From: an uncultured Candidatus Saccharibacteria bacterium
GTDB lineage: Bacteria; Patescibacteriota; Doudnabacteria; UBA920
NCBI GenBank assembly: GCA_964631145.1
Contig: CAZVXT010000001.1
Span: 457,237-521,236, forward strand
Direction of reading: 5' to 3'
Length of the DNA: 64,000 nt
Position 1 is the first letter of the stretch; each line of letters starts with the position of its first letter. The position numbers and the translations under genes were made by a program. Below are positions 1-9,092 of the stretch, one piece after another. Under the pieces are notes generated by a model that did no database searches, had not been told where the DNA came from, and saw nothing but the letters and a program-made list of their open reading frames with translations.

Positions 1-180
1 AAACAAGAAGTCTTGTTAAATATCAAGAGATTACGTGAAATTGGTAGTTATCGTGGAACCCGTCATATGCGTAGTTTGCCAGTTCGCGGACAACGTACTA
101 AGACAAATTCTCGAACTCGTCACGGCAATGTTCGTCGTACTGCTGGTTCAGGACGTAAGAAGGCATCTGATAAGACCTAA
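1..180 (+). CDS. rpsM: 30S ribosomal protein S13 (3' part, truncated by window edge)
   Basis: Frame 1 reads [40 protein letters not shown]...KT*, containing the S13 signature [20 protein letters not shown]; lies upstream of rpsK. Confidence 0.95.
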   Translation, partial: KQEVLLNIKRLREIGSYRGTRHMRSLPVRGQRTKTNSRTRHGNVRRTAGSGRKKASDKT

Positions 181-184
181 AGAT

Positions 185-304
185 AAGATTTTATTTTGGA
201 CAACTGCGTTGTTATTTCGGAAAAATATTTGTCGCCGTAACTTATATATTACGCCTCCAAATATTTTTCCGAAATGCCTAGCATTTGCCTCAAAATTAAA
301 TCTT
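185..304. repeat. Long palindromic intergenic element, copy 1
   Basis: Perfect 18-bp stem ATTTCGGAAAAATATTTG (214-231) / CAAATATTTTTCCGAAAT (258-275), inner CGTAA..TTACG hairpin, imperfect outer arms; similar to 1495-1595. Confidence 0.85.
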
Positions 305-405
305 AAGACACGGTTCTTAGATTAGATACTAAGTTTGTATTAGAAAGTTAGAGCTCTGGTAATAAAATCCAGGCCCACACTAAATTATTTTACTTATTAA
401 TTATT

Positions 406-873
406 ATGGCTGAAGAATTACAATCAACAACTCAAACAGAATCAGAAGTTGCAACCGCAAGTGCTGTCGCTACAGATGATATTTCTGCCAAAATCAAATC
501 TTCCAAGAAGAAGCGTGCTAAGCAAAAGTTTCCAAAGGGAAAGATTTTTATCAACTCAACCTACAATAACACCATTATTTCTATAACAGATCCAGTGGGT
601 AACGTTATTGTTTGGGGTAGTGCTGGTCGCGCAGGGTTTAAAGGCTCTAAAAAGTCTACTCCTTATGCTGGTGGTAAGACCATGGAAGATACTTTAGCGC
701 GAGCTAAAGATCGCGGCATGCAAGAAGTTGATATATTTATTAAAGGAATTGGTACTGGTCGCGAATCAGCGATTCGTGCAATCCAAGGTTCCGGTTTAAC
801 CGTTTTATCTATTAAAGACAGAACATCCTCACCTCATGGTGGTGTACGTCAGAAGAAGGTAAGGAGAGTATAA
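406..873 (+). CDS. rpsK: 30S ribosomal protein S11
   Basis: STYNNTII, GFKGSKKSTPYA, PHGG motifs; about 35-aa N-terminal extension. Confidence 0.97.
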   Translation: MAEELQSTTQTESEVATASAVATDDISAKIKSSKKKRAKQKFPKGKIFINSTYNNTIISITDPVGNVIVWGSAGRAGFKGSKKSTPYAGGKTMEDTLARAKDRGMQEVDIFIKGIGTGRESAIRAIQGSGLTVLSIKDRTSSPHGGVRQKKVRRV

Positions 874-877
874 AAAT

Positions 878-1486
878 ATGAGATATACAGGACCAAAAGT
901 TAGAAGAGCACGTCGTTTAGGTTTTGCCTTTACTGATAAAGATGCTCGAATTATGCAAAAGCGTAGCACTCCTCCTGGACAACATGGTGCTAACCGTGTG
1001 CGTATTTCAGAATACGGTATGCAGTTGCGCGAAAAGCAAAAAGCTAAGATCAATTATGGTGTTACAGAACGTCAGTTCTTGCGTTATTTTGACAAAGCAT
1101 CTAAACATGCAGGTGTAACCGGTGATTATCTATTGCAATTACTAGAAACAAGACTTGATAATGTGGTTTACCGCATGGGTTATGCAGTTACTATTGCTCA
1201 AGCTCGTCAATTAGTAAATCATGGATTTTTTGATGTAAATGGTAAGAAAGTTGATATACCTTCATTTGCAACTAAACCAGGTGATGTTATTACTGTTAGA
1301 GCTAATAAAAAAGATAGCAAGTACATGCAAGCTCGCAAAGAATTGATGAAGAGTTTTCATCCGCAAGACTGGGTAGAGATTAAAGTTAACGAATTATCTG
1401 GTAAAGTTTTGTCTGTACCAAGTATGGATCAAATCAACAGCCAGATTAATACTCAGCTTATTGTTGAACACTACAGTAGAATTTAA
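878..1486 (+). CDS. rpsD: 30S ribosomal protein S4
   Basis: MRYTGP, PPGQHG, SEYGMQLREKQK, LETRLDNVVYRMG, ARQLVNHG. Confidence 0.98.
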   Translation: MRYTGPKVRRARRLGFAFTDKDARIMQKRSTPPGQHGANRVRISEYGMQLREKQKAKINYGVTERQFLRYFDKASKHAGVTGDYLLQLLETRLDNVVYRMGYAVTIAQARQLVNHGFFDVNGKKVDIPSFATKPGDVITVRANKKDSKYMQARKELMKSFHPQDWVEIKVNELSGKVLSVPSMDQINSQINTQLIVEHYSRI

Positions 1487-1494
1487 TAATATTT

Positions 1495-1595
1495 ATTATT
1501 TGAACAATTGTGTTGTTATTTTGGAAAAATATTTGTCGTCGTAATCTAAATTACGTCCCCAAATATTTTTCCAAAATAACGACCATTGTATAAAG
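1495..1595. repeat. Long palindromic intergenic element, copy 2
   Basis: Perfect 21-bp stem GTTATTTTGGAAAAATATTTG (1515-1535) / CAAATATTTTTCCAAAATAAC (1560-1580); homologous to 185-304. Confidence 0.85.
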
Positions 1596-1694
1596 ATATA
1601 GATCAATTTAATTAATTTTTTACAAAGATCGCAACTACAAGAATATTGGACGTTTGAGAATTACGAGCTTTGTAAAATAAAGGGTATTGCAAAT

Positions 1695-2672
1695 ATGCAA
1701 CCAATTCCTTTGCCAAATCAGGCTAAAGTTAATCATGTAGAAGGTAATAGCTATGAAATTACCTTAGACCCATTGTATCCAGGATATGGAGTTACAATTG
1801 GTAATGCGCTTCGTCGTGTACTTTTGTCTTCTATGCCAGGTGCAGCTGTAACTGGCGTAAAGATTAAATACGTTGACCATGAGTTTTCTACTATACCTCA
1901 TGTTCGCGAAGATGTTATTCAAATTATTTTGAATTTAAAACAACTTCGTTTACGTAGTTTTTCTATCGAACCTGTTCGCTTAAAACTACAAGTTAAAGGC
2001 GAGGGGATTGTAACTGCTGCTCAAATCACTGAAACTGATCAGGTAGAAGTGGTTAATAAAGATATGTATATCTGCAGCCTGGATTCTAAAAATGCTGACC
2101 TTGATATGGAATTGATTATCGAGCAAGGACGTGGTTATCAACCCGTAGAAGTTCGTTCCCGTGAAAATTCTGAACTTGGAATGTTGGCTATAGATGCTAT
2201 TTTTACTCCTGTTCGATCTGTGTTCTTCGATGTTTCTAACGTTCGCGTTGGAAATATGACTAACTTTGATAAGTTGGTTGTTCGCATGGAAACTGACGGT
2301 ACAATTTCTGGAAGCGAAGCTTTAGATATCGCATCTCACATTTTAGTTGATCATTTTACAATGATGTTCAATAACGAAGGTGCGGCTCGTATGGAAATGA
2401 TGCAACAAGCTCAAGGTTTACTTGATGAAGCTGAAAGTGCAGAAGAAGCAGTTTCTGCAGAATCTTTGATGGAAGCAATGGCTGAAGAAGAATCTGGTAC
2501 TAGTGTAAACGATTTGAACTTATCAAATAGAGCAAAAAATGCATTAGTAAAGTCTGGAATTTCTACTTTAGAAAAGCTTCAAACTTTGTCTGATGATGAT
2601 ATTAAAAACATTTCAGGACTAGGCGAAAAAACTATCAACGAAATTTTAGAATTTTTAGGTAGAAGCGTTTAG
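1695..2672 (+). CDS. rpoA: DNA-directed RNA polymerase subunit alpha
   Basis: PLYPGYGVTIGNALRRVLLSSMPG, HEFSTIP, IDAIFTPV, ETDGTI; C-terminal domain LSNRAKNAL...GLGEKT. Confidence 0.98.
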   Translation: MQPIPLPNQAKVNHVEGNSYEITLDPLYPGYGVTIGNALRRVLLSSMPGAAVTGVKIKYVDHEFSTIPHVREDVIQIILNLKQLRLRSFSIEPVRLKLQVKGEGIVTAAQITETDQVEVVNKDMYICSLDSKNADLDMELIIEQGRGYQPVEVRSRENSELGMLAIDAIFTPVRSVFFDVSNVRVGNMTNFDKLVVRMETDGTISGSEALDIASHILVDHFTMMFNNEGAARMEMMQQAQGLLDEAESAEEAVSAESLMEAMAEEESGTSVNDLNLSNRAKNALVKSGISTLEKLQTLSDDDIKNISGLGEKTINEILEFLGRSV

Positions 2673-2827
2673 TAACATTATTTAATTAAAGGTCACTGCT
2701 GTTCCCGCTAAAGTTAAAATGCCAATTTTGATTTTAGTGGGAACAGCAATAAGGCACCCACAAGTCCATTTCGTAGCAACCCCTATATAATACGGAAGGA
2801 TTCAGTAAACAGATTTAATTTATTTAT

Positions 2828-3172
2828 ATGAGACACCGCAAGAAAAAAAAGTTTGGTAAAGGTACTGACCATCGCAGAAAGCTGCTACGTACTTTGGCGT
2901 CCTCAGCAATTTTATATGAGCGTATTGTAACAACTTACGCTAATGCTCGCGCTGTAAAGCCTTACTTAGAAAAACTTATCACTAAAGCAAAGGTCGAAAG
3001 TTTGCATAACCGCAGACAGTTATTGTCTAAGTTGACTCGTAATGCTGCCGCAAAAGCGTTAGAAGTTTACGGTCCTCGTTACGCAGAACGTAATGGCGGT
3101 TACTTAAGACTTACTAAATTAAATAACCCAAAGGCTGGTGCTTCTAAAGTAGTACTAGAATTTGTAGAGTAA
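2828..3172 (+). CDS. rplQ: 50S ribosomal protein L17
   Basis: MRHRK, ERIVTT, EKLIT, RNGGYLR; follows rpoA. Confidence 0.96.
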   Translation: MRHRKKKKFGKGTDHRRKLLRTLASSAILYERIVTTYANARAVKPYLEKLITKAKVESLHNRRQLLSKLTRNAAAKALEVYGPRYAERNGGYLRLTKLNNPKAGASKVVLEFVE

Positions 3173-3176
3173 TTAT

Positions 3177-3611
3177 ATGAAGGCACAAAAAGTAACATTG
3201 CCTAAGGTTCAAGATATTTCTCGTACTTGGTATGAAGTTGATGCTTCTAGTATGACTCTTGGAAGATTGGCAAGCCATATTGCAAATATTTTGCGTGGCA
3301 AACATAAGAGACAGTTTACTCCTCACATGGATATGGGTGATTTCGTAGTTGCTACTAATGTAGACAAACTTAAGTTAACTGGTCGTAAGATCGAACAAAA
3401 GAAGTATTACCACCACTCTGGTTATTTAGGTGGTTTGAAGACTAAACTTCTTAAAGATGAAATTATCAGAAGTCCAGAGTTTGTATTGCGTAGCGCAGTA
3501 TTTTCTATGATTGATGATATTAAATTCCGCAAAAAGTTGGTTTCTCGCTTGAAAATGGTTAAGGGCGATAAGCACACTTATAAGATTGATAAGCAACTAA
3601 CTAATAAGTAA
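3177..3611 (+). CDS. rplM: 50S ribosomal protein L13
   Basis: WYEVDA, LGRLAS, LRGKHK.FTPHMDMGDFVV, YYHHSGYLGGLK. Confidence 0.97.
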   Translation: MKAQKVTLPKVQDISRTWYEVDASSMTLGRLASHIANILRGKHKRQFTPHMDMGDFVVATNVDKLKLTGRKIEQKKYYHHSGYLGGLKTKLLKDEIIRSPEFVLRSAVFSMIDDIKFRKKLVSRLKMVKGDKHTYKIDKQLTNK

Positions 3612-3615
3612 TTTT

Positions 3616-4167
3616 ATGGCAACAACTCCAAAAACAACTGCAAAGAAAACTGTAGCAAAAAAGGCACCTGCCAAAAAAGTTGCTGCTAAAAAAGCTCCTG
3701 CTAAAGTAGAAGCTACTGAAGCTGTGGTGTTAGAAATGTCTACTCCAAAAGCAACTAAAATGACTATGGTTGGTTTGAATGGTAAATACTTATTTGCTAC
3801 TGGAAGACGCAAAACTGCTGTAGCGAACGTAAGATTATTTGAAGGATCTGATGATAGTTTGGTTAACAAAAAATCTTTTTCAGTTTACTTTTCTACAGGA
3901 CATATGCGTGATGAAGCTCTCAGACCATTGGCTTTATCAGGCTTAATGGGTGAATACTTCTTTACTGCAACTATTAATGGTGGTGGTAAAAATGCTCAAA
4001 TTGAAGCACTTCGTCATGCTATTGCTCAAGCTTTGGCATCAACCAGCGAAGAAATGCAGAAATTAATGAAGCGCAATGGTTTTCTTACCCGTGATGACCG
4101 TAAAAAAGAACGTAAAAAGCCAGGACTTCGCGGTGCGCGCCGCAGTCCACAGTGGGCGAAGCGTTAA
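3616..4167 (+). CDS. rpsI: 30S ribosomal protein S9 with Lys/Ala-rich N-terminal extension
   Basis: TGRRKTAVANVRL, GGG..AQ..ALRHAIA, LTRD.RKKERKKPGL..ARRSPQWAKR. Confidence 0.97.
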   Translation: MATTPKTTAKKTVAKKAPAKKVAAKKAPAKVEATEAVVLEMSTPKATKMTMVGLNGKYLFATGRRKTAVANVRLFEGSDDSLVNKKSFSVYFSTGHMRDEALRPLALSGLMGEYFFTATINGGGKNAQIEALRHAIAQALASTSEEMQKLMKRNGFLTRDDRKKERKKPGLRGARRSPQWAKR

Positions 4168-4189
4168 TTTCTTATTCAATAGATATTAC

Positions 4190-4219
4190 AAAAAACACCG
4201 ATTTTTCGGTGTTTTTTTT
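4190..4219 (+). terminator. Rho-independent terminator ending the ribosomal operon
   Basis: AAAAAACACCGA-TTTT-TCGGTGTTTTTTTT hairpin with T tract. Confidence 0.85.
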
Positions 4220-4284
4220 GCTTGCAGTATGCGATAAATGGGATTATACTATGATAACTAACGAAAATAATTAAATTACTTATT

Positions 4285-7200
4285 ATGCAACAAATAATCG
4301 TTAAGTTTTTGCTTAATGCAAAGCTTAAAATAAAAGGACTCTCAGCCTCAGTGTGTCCGAGTGGTAAGGACATGGTTTTTACCACAGCTTCAGTGATTTC
4401 TGGTGTTTCTTTGGTTTTGTCTACTTTTGTGCCTGTAACAGCAAGTGCTGCAGCGCAAAGCATTAAGACCACAAATGCAAATTGTGTGGCAGTTAATATT
4501 AACCAATACTCAACCGGTGATTTTGTTTGGGTTGATGTAAATGGTTTTGACCCAAATACTGTATATGCTTGGTCTATTACTGGACAGCCAGGATCTGCTG
4601 ATCCTAGCACAATTGTCGCTTCTGGTAACGCAACTACAGATGTAAACGGAGAGCTATGTTTTAATACCAACTATGATGTAAAGTCTGATGATAGTGGTGT
4701 ATATAAAGTAGCTTTTGATAATAAGAATGATAACTATACAGTCCGCTCAATTGTGCCGGATCCTGTACAGTGTTTTGCTGCCCCTGTTACAGTTGTAACT
4801 CCAAGTAATACTCAAGGTTGGAATACTGCAGATACCCGATCTAATGGTTCTGTAACTTATGTAAATGATGCTACAAGCCCAGCTCCGACCGGTGCATTGA
4901 GTTTAGTTACTGGCGCTGCTACAGGAAGCCCGCTTCAAGATAAAGCTCAGTATATGCACGCTGTAGATTCTTTGCCTTTATCCCAGGTCTCAAAACTTTG
5001 TTATTATACAAAGCAAAATAGCGCTTCTTTTGCTGATGGTGCCCCTTCTTATCAGTTAGTTGTTTACTTAAATGGCGGTACTTCTGGCTTTACTACTTTT
5101 GTATATGAACCTTATAATAATGGTTTTCATATTAACCAAGGAACATGGCAATCTTGGGATGTTTCTGCAGGTTCAATGTGGTCGTCAAAGTCAGTCACTT
5201 GTAGCAATGGTTCTGTGATAGCTGGTGGTGGGGGAGCCCCATTTTATACTCTTTCTCAAATAACTACTATGTGTCCTGATGCAGTTGTAGCGGGTTTTGG
5301 TGTTAATGTAGGCTCAAATAATCCTAATTGGGATACAGAAGTAGATTATGTTCAGTTTAATAACAATTTATATAATTTTGAATTAGACCCTGTATTAACT
5401 TCTAATGTAAAAGTTTGTAAAGTTGATAGTAACAAAAACCCTCTATCTGGTTGGGATGTGTTTTTGAAAGGGGATTTGATAGAGACTGTAAATGTAGATT
5501 CTAATGCTTCTACAGGTGCTAATTCTGTTAATGCTTTAGAAGCAGGTAAAAAATATGTTGTAGAAGTAACTGGTACATGGCAGAACCGTGGTTTTGAAAC
5601 CGTTGATGCTAGTTTTACCACACCTGACTCATGGACAACTGTTTTAGACGCTCCTCAGGGTGGTTATCCTGATAATCTGTTGGAATTACAAGTAAATAAC
5701 AATTTTGTTAATTGGGGACCTTATAGTTTAGCTCATAAATACAGCTATATCTACACTGGTGGTGGAGCATCTGCTAATTTTAGAGTATTTGATGGTGATG
5801 TGGATACCAATACAGTTAATTCTAGTTGGTATGGAGATAACGTTGGTCAGCTCCAGGTTAAAATTTATAAGGCATACGCTGGTGTAACGACTAACATTGA
5901 TGGATGCGCTACATTAACAAATGTTCCTTATGGCAACTATGTAGTTTCTGAAATTATGCAACCAGGTTGGGCTAATGTCAGTGGTAATAATGTTGAAGTT
6001 TTAATTAATAAAGCTCAATCAGAATTCGTTTTAGTTAATCGTTGTACAACCGAAGCTTGTGCTCCACAGACAGTGGATCCAAAAATTCATTTTATGAAAG
6101 TTGTCTGCCAAAGTTACTCTAGTATAAACGGAAACGAAGCCGCTGATAGTTATGATCATACTCCAAATAAAAATTATACTCAGTTTGCTAATTTTACTGA
6201 AAGTGGGTTTGTAACAAATTATTTGGTAAATGGTTTTGTTGACCCTTCAGAAATTCCTGGTAAAGACTCTGGTTGTGGTTTGGCTAGTGGTTGGGGATTT
6301 TTACTCTCAACTGATCAAGATCAGCATAATGATAATCAGATTGTAACAACTGATGCTAATGGTGTTTATACAACGAATGTTTCTAGTCTGCCGCAAGCTT
6401 TGTCTTCTGGTATCAGAAACGGAAATTTTTGGGTTAGTGAAGTAGAGAAAAAAGGGTATGATTTCGGTGCTATTAGATGCTATAATGATGCATTAAATGG
6501 CGATAACTTAGAATTAATTAATATTGGAAATTCTAATCCTGCAGACATATATTGTATTGCTTACAATGTAGAACAAATTAAGCCTTGTGTAGTTGAGCCT
6601 ATTAATGTAGTTAGCGGTACTACAACTAAATTTTTAGGTCTTAAAGAGGGTGTTGCTCCAGTAGATTTGAAAGCTCCAGGAAACTATCCAGGTGGGGTTA
6701 TGGATTTTGCTGTTGAGGTTGGACCAACTGGATTCCCTGGTGCTTGGGACGGATCTATTAATAGTCCAGACTTATCTGGTGCCAAATATGTAAGTAATAG
6801 CATTACACAGCCAACCGTTTCTGGTGGTGCTGGATTTGATGGTAGTGTAGATTCTTGGCGCTTATTTAGCCACACATTTACTGTGCCTGCTGGAGCCGTA
6901 AATATCTCTACTCCTTCATTGCATTTTGCTGCTGATAATGAAGTTGCAGTTTATTTGGACGAAACTTTAATTGGAACAAGTTCTAGCTTTAGTAATTCGA
7001 CCACTGTGGGTCCATTAAGTAGTATTAGTGTTGCTCCAGGTACTCACACTTTAAAATTTGCCGTAAAGAATTATGCATTTGACCAAACTAACAACCCTAC
7101 AGGCGTCATTTATAAATTAGATACCATTAATTACGACTGTGGTTCTACTGGCGGCGGTTCAAATAAATTTAGTATTTCCGGTAAAATTTACGAAGATTTG

Positions 7201-7878
7201 GACGAAAGCAATTCTAATAATTCTGGTGATAATCCATTAAATGGTTGGACTGTAAAGTTGGACAATGTTGCAACCGAAACTGATGAAAATACTACAACAA
7301 CTTCTGATTCTAATGGAAATTATATATTTGAAAATTTGGACGCTGGTTGTTACTTAGTTTCTGAAGTACTGCCAAGCGGTTGGGCTCAGACCGAGCCAGC
7401 AGTAGATACTCATACTTACCAAGTTGCGATTGGTGGTGTAAATAATTGTGACGCTTTTAACGGCGAATCTTCAATTATTGGATTCTTTGCAAAGACTGCT
7501 CATGCTGCAGCTGTACAACAACAGTTAGCATTTGCAGGTAATGCGAGTGGAATTAATTTTGGTAATTTTGATATCCCTTCTGGTAATGGCGGTGGTTCTG
7601 GCGGTAATGGTGGAAACGGTGGAGGTTCTGGCGGATCTGGTAGTGGTGGAACACCTCCTGCCGACCCAGGAACTCCAACAAACACCGGTAGAGTGCTAGG
7701 GGATAGTACCAATATCCCTTCTGACAGCATTTCAATTCCTACTCCAAGAGTTTTGGGAGCTGAAACAACTCTTCCACGAACAGGATTACCTCTAAACATA
7801 ATTATTTGGTTTGTTTCAACATTAGCAGCTACTTATTGTGTTTATTCTTTGATAAGCAAAAAACTTTCCAAGAATTAG
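4285..7878 (+). CDS. Large secreted surface protein with SdrD/Cna B-like domains and LPxTG sorting signal
   Basis: Signal peptide ending ASAAA; Cna/SdrD-B-like segments (PLSGW..GNYVVSE..QPGW; ISGKIYEDLD..TTTSDSNGNYIFENL..GCYLVSEVLPSGW); Gly-rich linker; two RVLG motifs; LPRTG followed by a hydrophobic helix and basic tail SKKLSKN. Confidence 0.85.
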   Translation: MQQIIVKFLLNAKLKIKGLSASVCPSGKDMVFTTASVISGVSLVLSTFVPVTASAAAQSIKTTNANCVAVNINQYSTGDFVWVDVNGFDPNTVYAWSITGQPGSADPSTIVASGNATTDVNGELCFNTNYDVKSDDSGVYKVAFDNKNDNYTVRSIVPDPVQCFAAPVTVVTPSNTQGWNTADTRSNGSVTYVNDATSPAPTGALSLVTGAATGSPLQDKAQYMHAVDSLPLSQVSKLCYYTKQNSASFADGAPSYQLVVYLNGGTSGFTTFVYEPYNNGFHINQGTWQSWDVSAGSMWSSKSVTCSNGSVIAGGGGAPFYTLSQITTMCPDAVVAGFGVNVGSNNPNWDTEVDYVQFNNNLYNFELDPVLTSNVKVCKVDSNKNPLSGWDVFLKGDLIETVNVDSNASTGANSVNALEAGKKYVVEVTGTWQNRGFETVDASFTTPDSWTTVLDAPQGGYPDNLLELQVNNNFVNWGPYSLAHKYSYIYTGGGASANFRVFDGDVDTNTVNSSWYGDNVGQLQVKIYKAYAGVTTNIDGCATLTNVPYGNYVVSEIMQPGWANVSGNNVEVLINKAQSEFVLVNRCTTEACAPQTVDPKIHFMKVVCQSYSSINGNEAADSYDHTPNKNYTQFANFTESGFVTNYLVNGFVDPSEIPGKDSGCGLASGWGFLLSTDQDQHNDNQIVTTDANGVYTTNVSSLPQALSSGIRNGNFWVSEVEKKGYDFGAIRCYNDALNGDNLELINIGNSNPADIYCIAYNVEQIKPCVVEPINVVSGTTTKFLGLKEGVAPVDLKAPGNYPGGVMDFAVEVGPTGFPGAWDGSINSPDLSGAKYVSNSITQPTVSGGAGFDGSVDSWRLFSHTFTVPAGAVNISTPSLHFAADNEVAVYLDETLIGTSSSFSNSTTVGPLSSISVAPGTHTLKFAVKNYAFDQTNNPTGVIYKLDTINYDCGSTGGGSNKFSISGKIYEDLDESNSNNSGDNPLNGWTVKLDNVATETDENTTTTSDSNGNYIFENLDAGCYLVSEVLPSGWAQTEPAVDTHTYQVAIGGVNNCDAFNGESSIIGFFAKTAHAAAVQQQLAFAGNASGINFGNFDIPSGNGGGSGGNGGNGGGSGGSGSGGTPPADPGTPTNTGRVLGDSTNIPSDSISIPTPRVLGAETTLPRTGLPLNIIIWFVSTLAATYCVYSLISKKLSKN

Positions 7879-7888
7879 TTAGCTAAAG

Positions 7889-7916
7889 AAAAGAGCGTTC
7901 TTGCAACGCTCTTTTT
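7889..7916 (+). terminator. Rho-independent terminator
   Basis: AAAAGAGCGTT-CTTGC-AACGCTCTTTTT. Confidence 0.8.
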
Positions 7917-7953
7917 AATTTTAGATCAAACTATTTGATGTTAAAATAAGGTT

Positions 7954-8547
7954 ATGAATTTTATTAGAAAATATAAAATTATATTAATTTTAATTTTGTT
8001 GTTACTAGTTATCAGCTTAGTGTTATTTTATCCTTATTTTTATGAGCGATATATTAGAAAAAATAATTTACCCAGCTCTCTTAACTTAGATAATTCTAAA
8101 CAGCAAGATAAAGATAATCCTAATGTTTTGCAAATACCAACTCTTGGGATTTCGGCACCTATTAATTATTTAGATCAGCCCGATGAAAGTTTGTTTCAAC
8201 AGTCTTTGCAAACAGGAGTGGTGCATTATCCTGGCAGTGCTAATCTTGGACAAGAAGGAAATGTATATATTTTTGGGCACTCATCTGATTATCCATTTAC
8301 AAAAGGAGAATATAAAACTGTTTTTGCAAAATTACCAGATATAAAATTAGGATCATCTATATTTTTGACAGACAAAGATGGTAAAAAGTATGAGTATCTG
8401 GTTGCTTCAACCAAAGTTGTTGCTAGCAACGATGTTTCTGTACTATCTCAAGATACAAAAGGACAGAGAATGTTAACATTGCAGACATCTTATCCTGTTG
8501 GTACAGCTTTAAAGAGGTTTGTAGTAATTTGTTACTTAAGAATATAA
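7954..8547 (+). CDS. Sortase-family protein (catalytic Cys replaced by Ser)
   Basis: N-terminal TM; LQIPTLGI, GVVHYPGS..GQEGNVYIFGHS, LTLQTSYP.GT..KR; next to an LPRTG protein. Confidence 0.88.
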   Translation: MNFIRKYKIILILILLLLVISLVLFYPYFYERYIRKNNLPSSLNLDNSKQQDKDNPNVLQIPTLGISAPINYLDQPDESLFQQSLQTGVVHYPGSANLGQEGNVYIFGHSSDYPFTKGEYKTVFAKLPDIKLGSSIFLTDKDGKKYEYLVASTKVVASNDVSVLSQDTKGQRMLTLQTSYPVGTALKRFVVICYLRI

Positions 8548-8774
8548 AAATGGTAGAAGCTTTAAAAATGATATTATTTGCTTTAAATAAGCCATTTTCG
8601 CACTAAGTTAATTGGTAATCCACAGCTATAGTATAAAAATCTTTTTTAATATTATTGACAAAAAGCTTGTAAAACCCCAATATTTTCTATATCATTAAGT
8701 TATAAATATTAGTTGTCCACAACAGGACAAAACAATTAAGATTATCTTCCTAAAAAGAAGATAAAAGGAAAAAT

Positions 8775-9047
8775 ATGACAAAATCAGAGACTTTGCAACA
8801 TTTGGCGGAAAAAACCGGCAAGAGCAAAAAAGAAGTAAGTGAAATGTTAGAGGCAATCGTTGCCTTAGCTTACTCTGAAACAAAGAAGAGCGGTGAATTT
8901 ACTTTACCTGGTTTAGGTAAACTTCAAAAAAAGCATCGTGATGCTCGCACTGGACGCAACCCTGCAACAGGTGCAACTATTCAAATTCCTGCAAAAACTG
9001 TCATCAAGTTCCGTATTGCAAAAGCAGCTAAAGATTCAATTCTTTAA
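8775..9047 (+). CDS. hup: HU family DNA-binding protein
   Basis: MTKSE, LPGLGK, ARTGRNPATGATIQIPAK..KFR. Confidence 0.95.
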   Translation: MTKSETLQHLAEKTGKSKKEVSEMLEAIVALAYSETKKSGEFTLPGLGKLQKKHRDARTGRNPATGATIQIPAKTVIKFRIAKAAKDSIL

Positions 9048-9051
9048 TTTT

Positions 9052-9081
9052 AAAAAACCAGCCCTTTTTGGGCTGGTTTTT
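9052..9081. terminator. Bidirectional terminator between HU and the response regulator
   Basis: AAAAAACCAGCCC-TTTTT-GGGCTGGTTTTT between convergent genes. Confidence 0.85.
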
Positions 9082-9092
9082 ATTTTGTAATG

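Noticed and set aside
35-325. ORF-track 96-aa ORF and the many antisense or overlapping short ORFs (e.g. 829-1053, 4176-4670, 9202-9531, 53960-54313)
   Set aside because: Shadows of well-supported genes in other frames or strands; no motifs or start signals.
185-1595. Possible CRISPR repeats
   Set aside because: Only two long, non-identical copies 1.3 kb apart, separated by r-protein genes; no spacer array or cas genes.
8610-8725. DnaA-box-like TTGTCCACA / AATCCACAG upstream of HU (also CTGTGGACAA near 43605)
   Set aside because: Isolated, mismatched boxes with no cluster and no dnaA or dnaN nearby; insufficient for oriC.
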